DNA of 25,526 bases. Source: Candidatus Fermentibacteraceae bacterium (GTDB lineage: Bacteria; Fermentibacterota; Fermentibacteria; Fermentibacterales; JCC-6). Under the pieces are notes generated by a model. That model did not search any database. It was not told where the DNA came from and worked only from the letters and a program-made list of their open reading frames with translations. Below are positions 25,176 to 25,526 of the stretch, one piece after another. Within the stretch, counting starts at the first letter, position 1. Every line of letters begins with the position of its first letter. The DNA lies in contig JAWLEP010000038.1 in assembly GCA_041686025.1 (NCBI GenBank), forward strand, positions 1 to 25,526. The letters are read 5' to 3'. The position numbers and the translations under genes are program-made.

Positions 25176-25526
25176 TGTCCCAACGGCCATGTAGGAGGAC
25201 AGCCTATATTTTGTCTTACGGGACACCCAAGTTCGCGCACTAGCGAGAGGAGCCTGACCACCCGATATTCCCAGAGGTTTTCGAGAGTTACTTCTAAACC
25301 TTGGGAGGTAGCAGGTGGCCAAGCTCCGTATGGAGGATGTTATGGCAGCGAGCATAATGCAAGAGCACGGACGTTCCATTCGTGCGATTGCCCGGGACAT
25401 GGGTGTTCCGGAGAGTACCCTGCGGTACCACGTAAAGCGGCACCGGGAGGGGGCCGAGGACGGCCGCAAGCGGCAGCCTGAGGCATGCGCTCCATGGCAT
25501 GATGTCATCATGTCATGGGCTGAGGC
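25176..25526 (+). mobile_element. IS21-family insertion sequence, left end (partial)
   Basis: Begins TGT at the point where the host gene pattern breaks, with lower GC, two GGACA(G/C)CC subterminal motifs about 24 nt apart and an IstA-like ORF. The exact boundary is inferred. Confidence 0.7.
25315..25526 (+). CDS. istA: IS21-family transposase N-terminal HTH (partial)
   Basis: Not in the ORF track. GGGAGG-GTG start; MAKLRMEDVMAASIMQEHGRSIRAIARDMGVPESTLRYHVKR...CAPWHDVIMSW, i.e. an HTH followed by the P-[FYW]-xxxI-xx-W segment typical of IstA. The DDE domain lies outside the window. Confidence 0.75.
   Translation, partial: MAKLRMEDVMAASIMQEHGRSIRAIARDMGVPESTLRYHVKRHREGAEDGRKRQPEACAPWHDVIMSWAE

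Noticed and set aside
193..25511. Many long overlapping or antisense ORFs in the track (e.g. 661-2121, 1809-4049, 12755-14014, 18479-20251)
   Set aside because: They overlap well-supported genes, are mostly low-complexity Arg/Gly/Pro-rich or antisense-mirror translations, and are expected in high-GC DNA.

Overview
A GC-rich chromosomal window from a probably anaerobic bacterium. The mix of Ig-like 'T9SS-type' C-terminal domains, a gingipain-like C25 protease and a C-terminal TWxxIK motif suggests an FCB-group candidate lineage such as Fermentibacteria (inference, not verified). Left to right: a minus-strand operon (2-oxoacid:ferredoxin oxidoreductase alpha/beta, peroxiredoxin, HAD phosphatase); an orphan TPR-PAS hybrid kinase with a degenerate ATP-binding domain; a secreted FG-GAP protein; a long KamA-family radical SAM enzyme whose substrate residues look glutamate-aminomutase-like; a lipoprotein; a Desulfovibrio-type bacterioferritin; a frameshifted membrane protein; an MFS transporter; two secreted hypotheticals; a DUF4236/TerB-like/PH-like membrane protein; a secreted beta-propeller; prolyl oligopeptidase; the C25 protease; a TWxxIK-tailed secreted protein; and a secreted propeller gene cut by an IS21-like element at the right edge. 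At least two spacers hold internally deleted relics of the secreted-protein family. No CRISPR array, tRNA or rRNA was seen. All calls come from reading motifs by eye; no searches were run.
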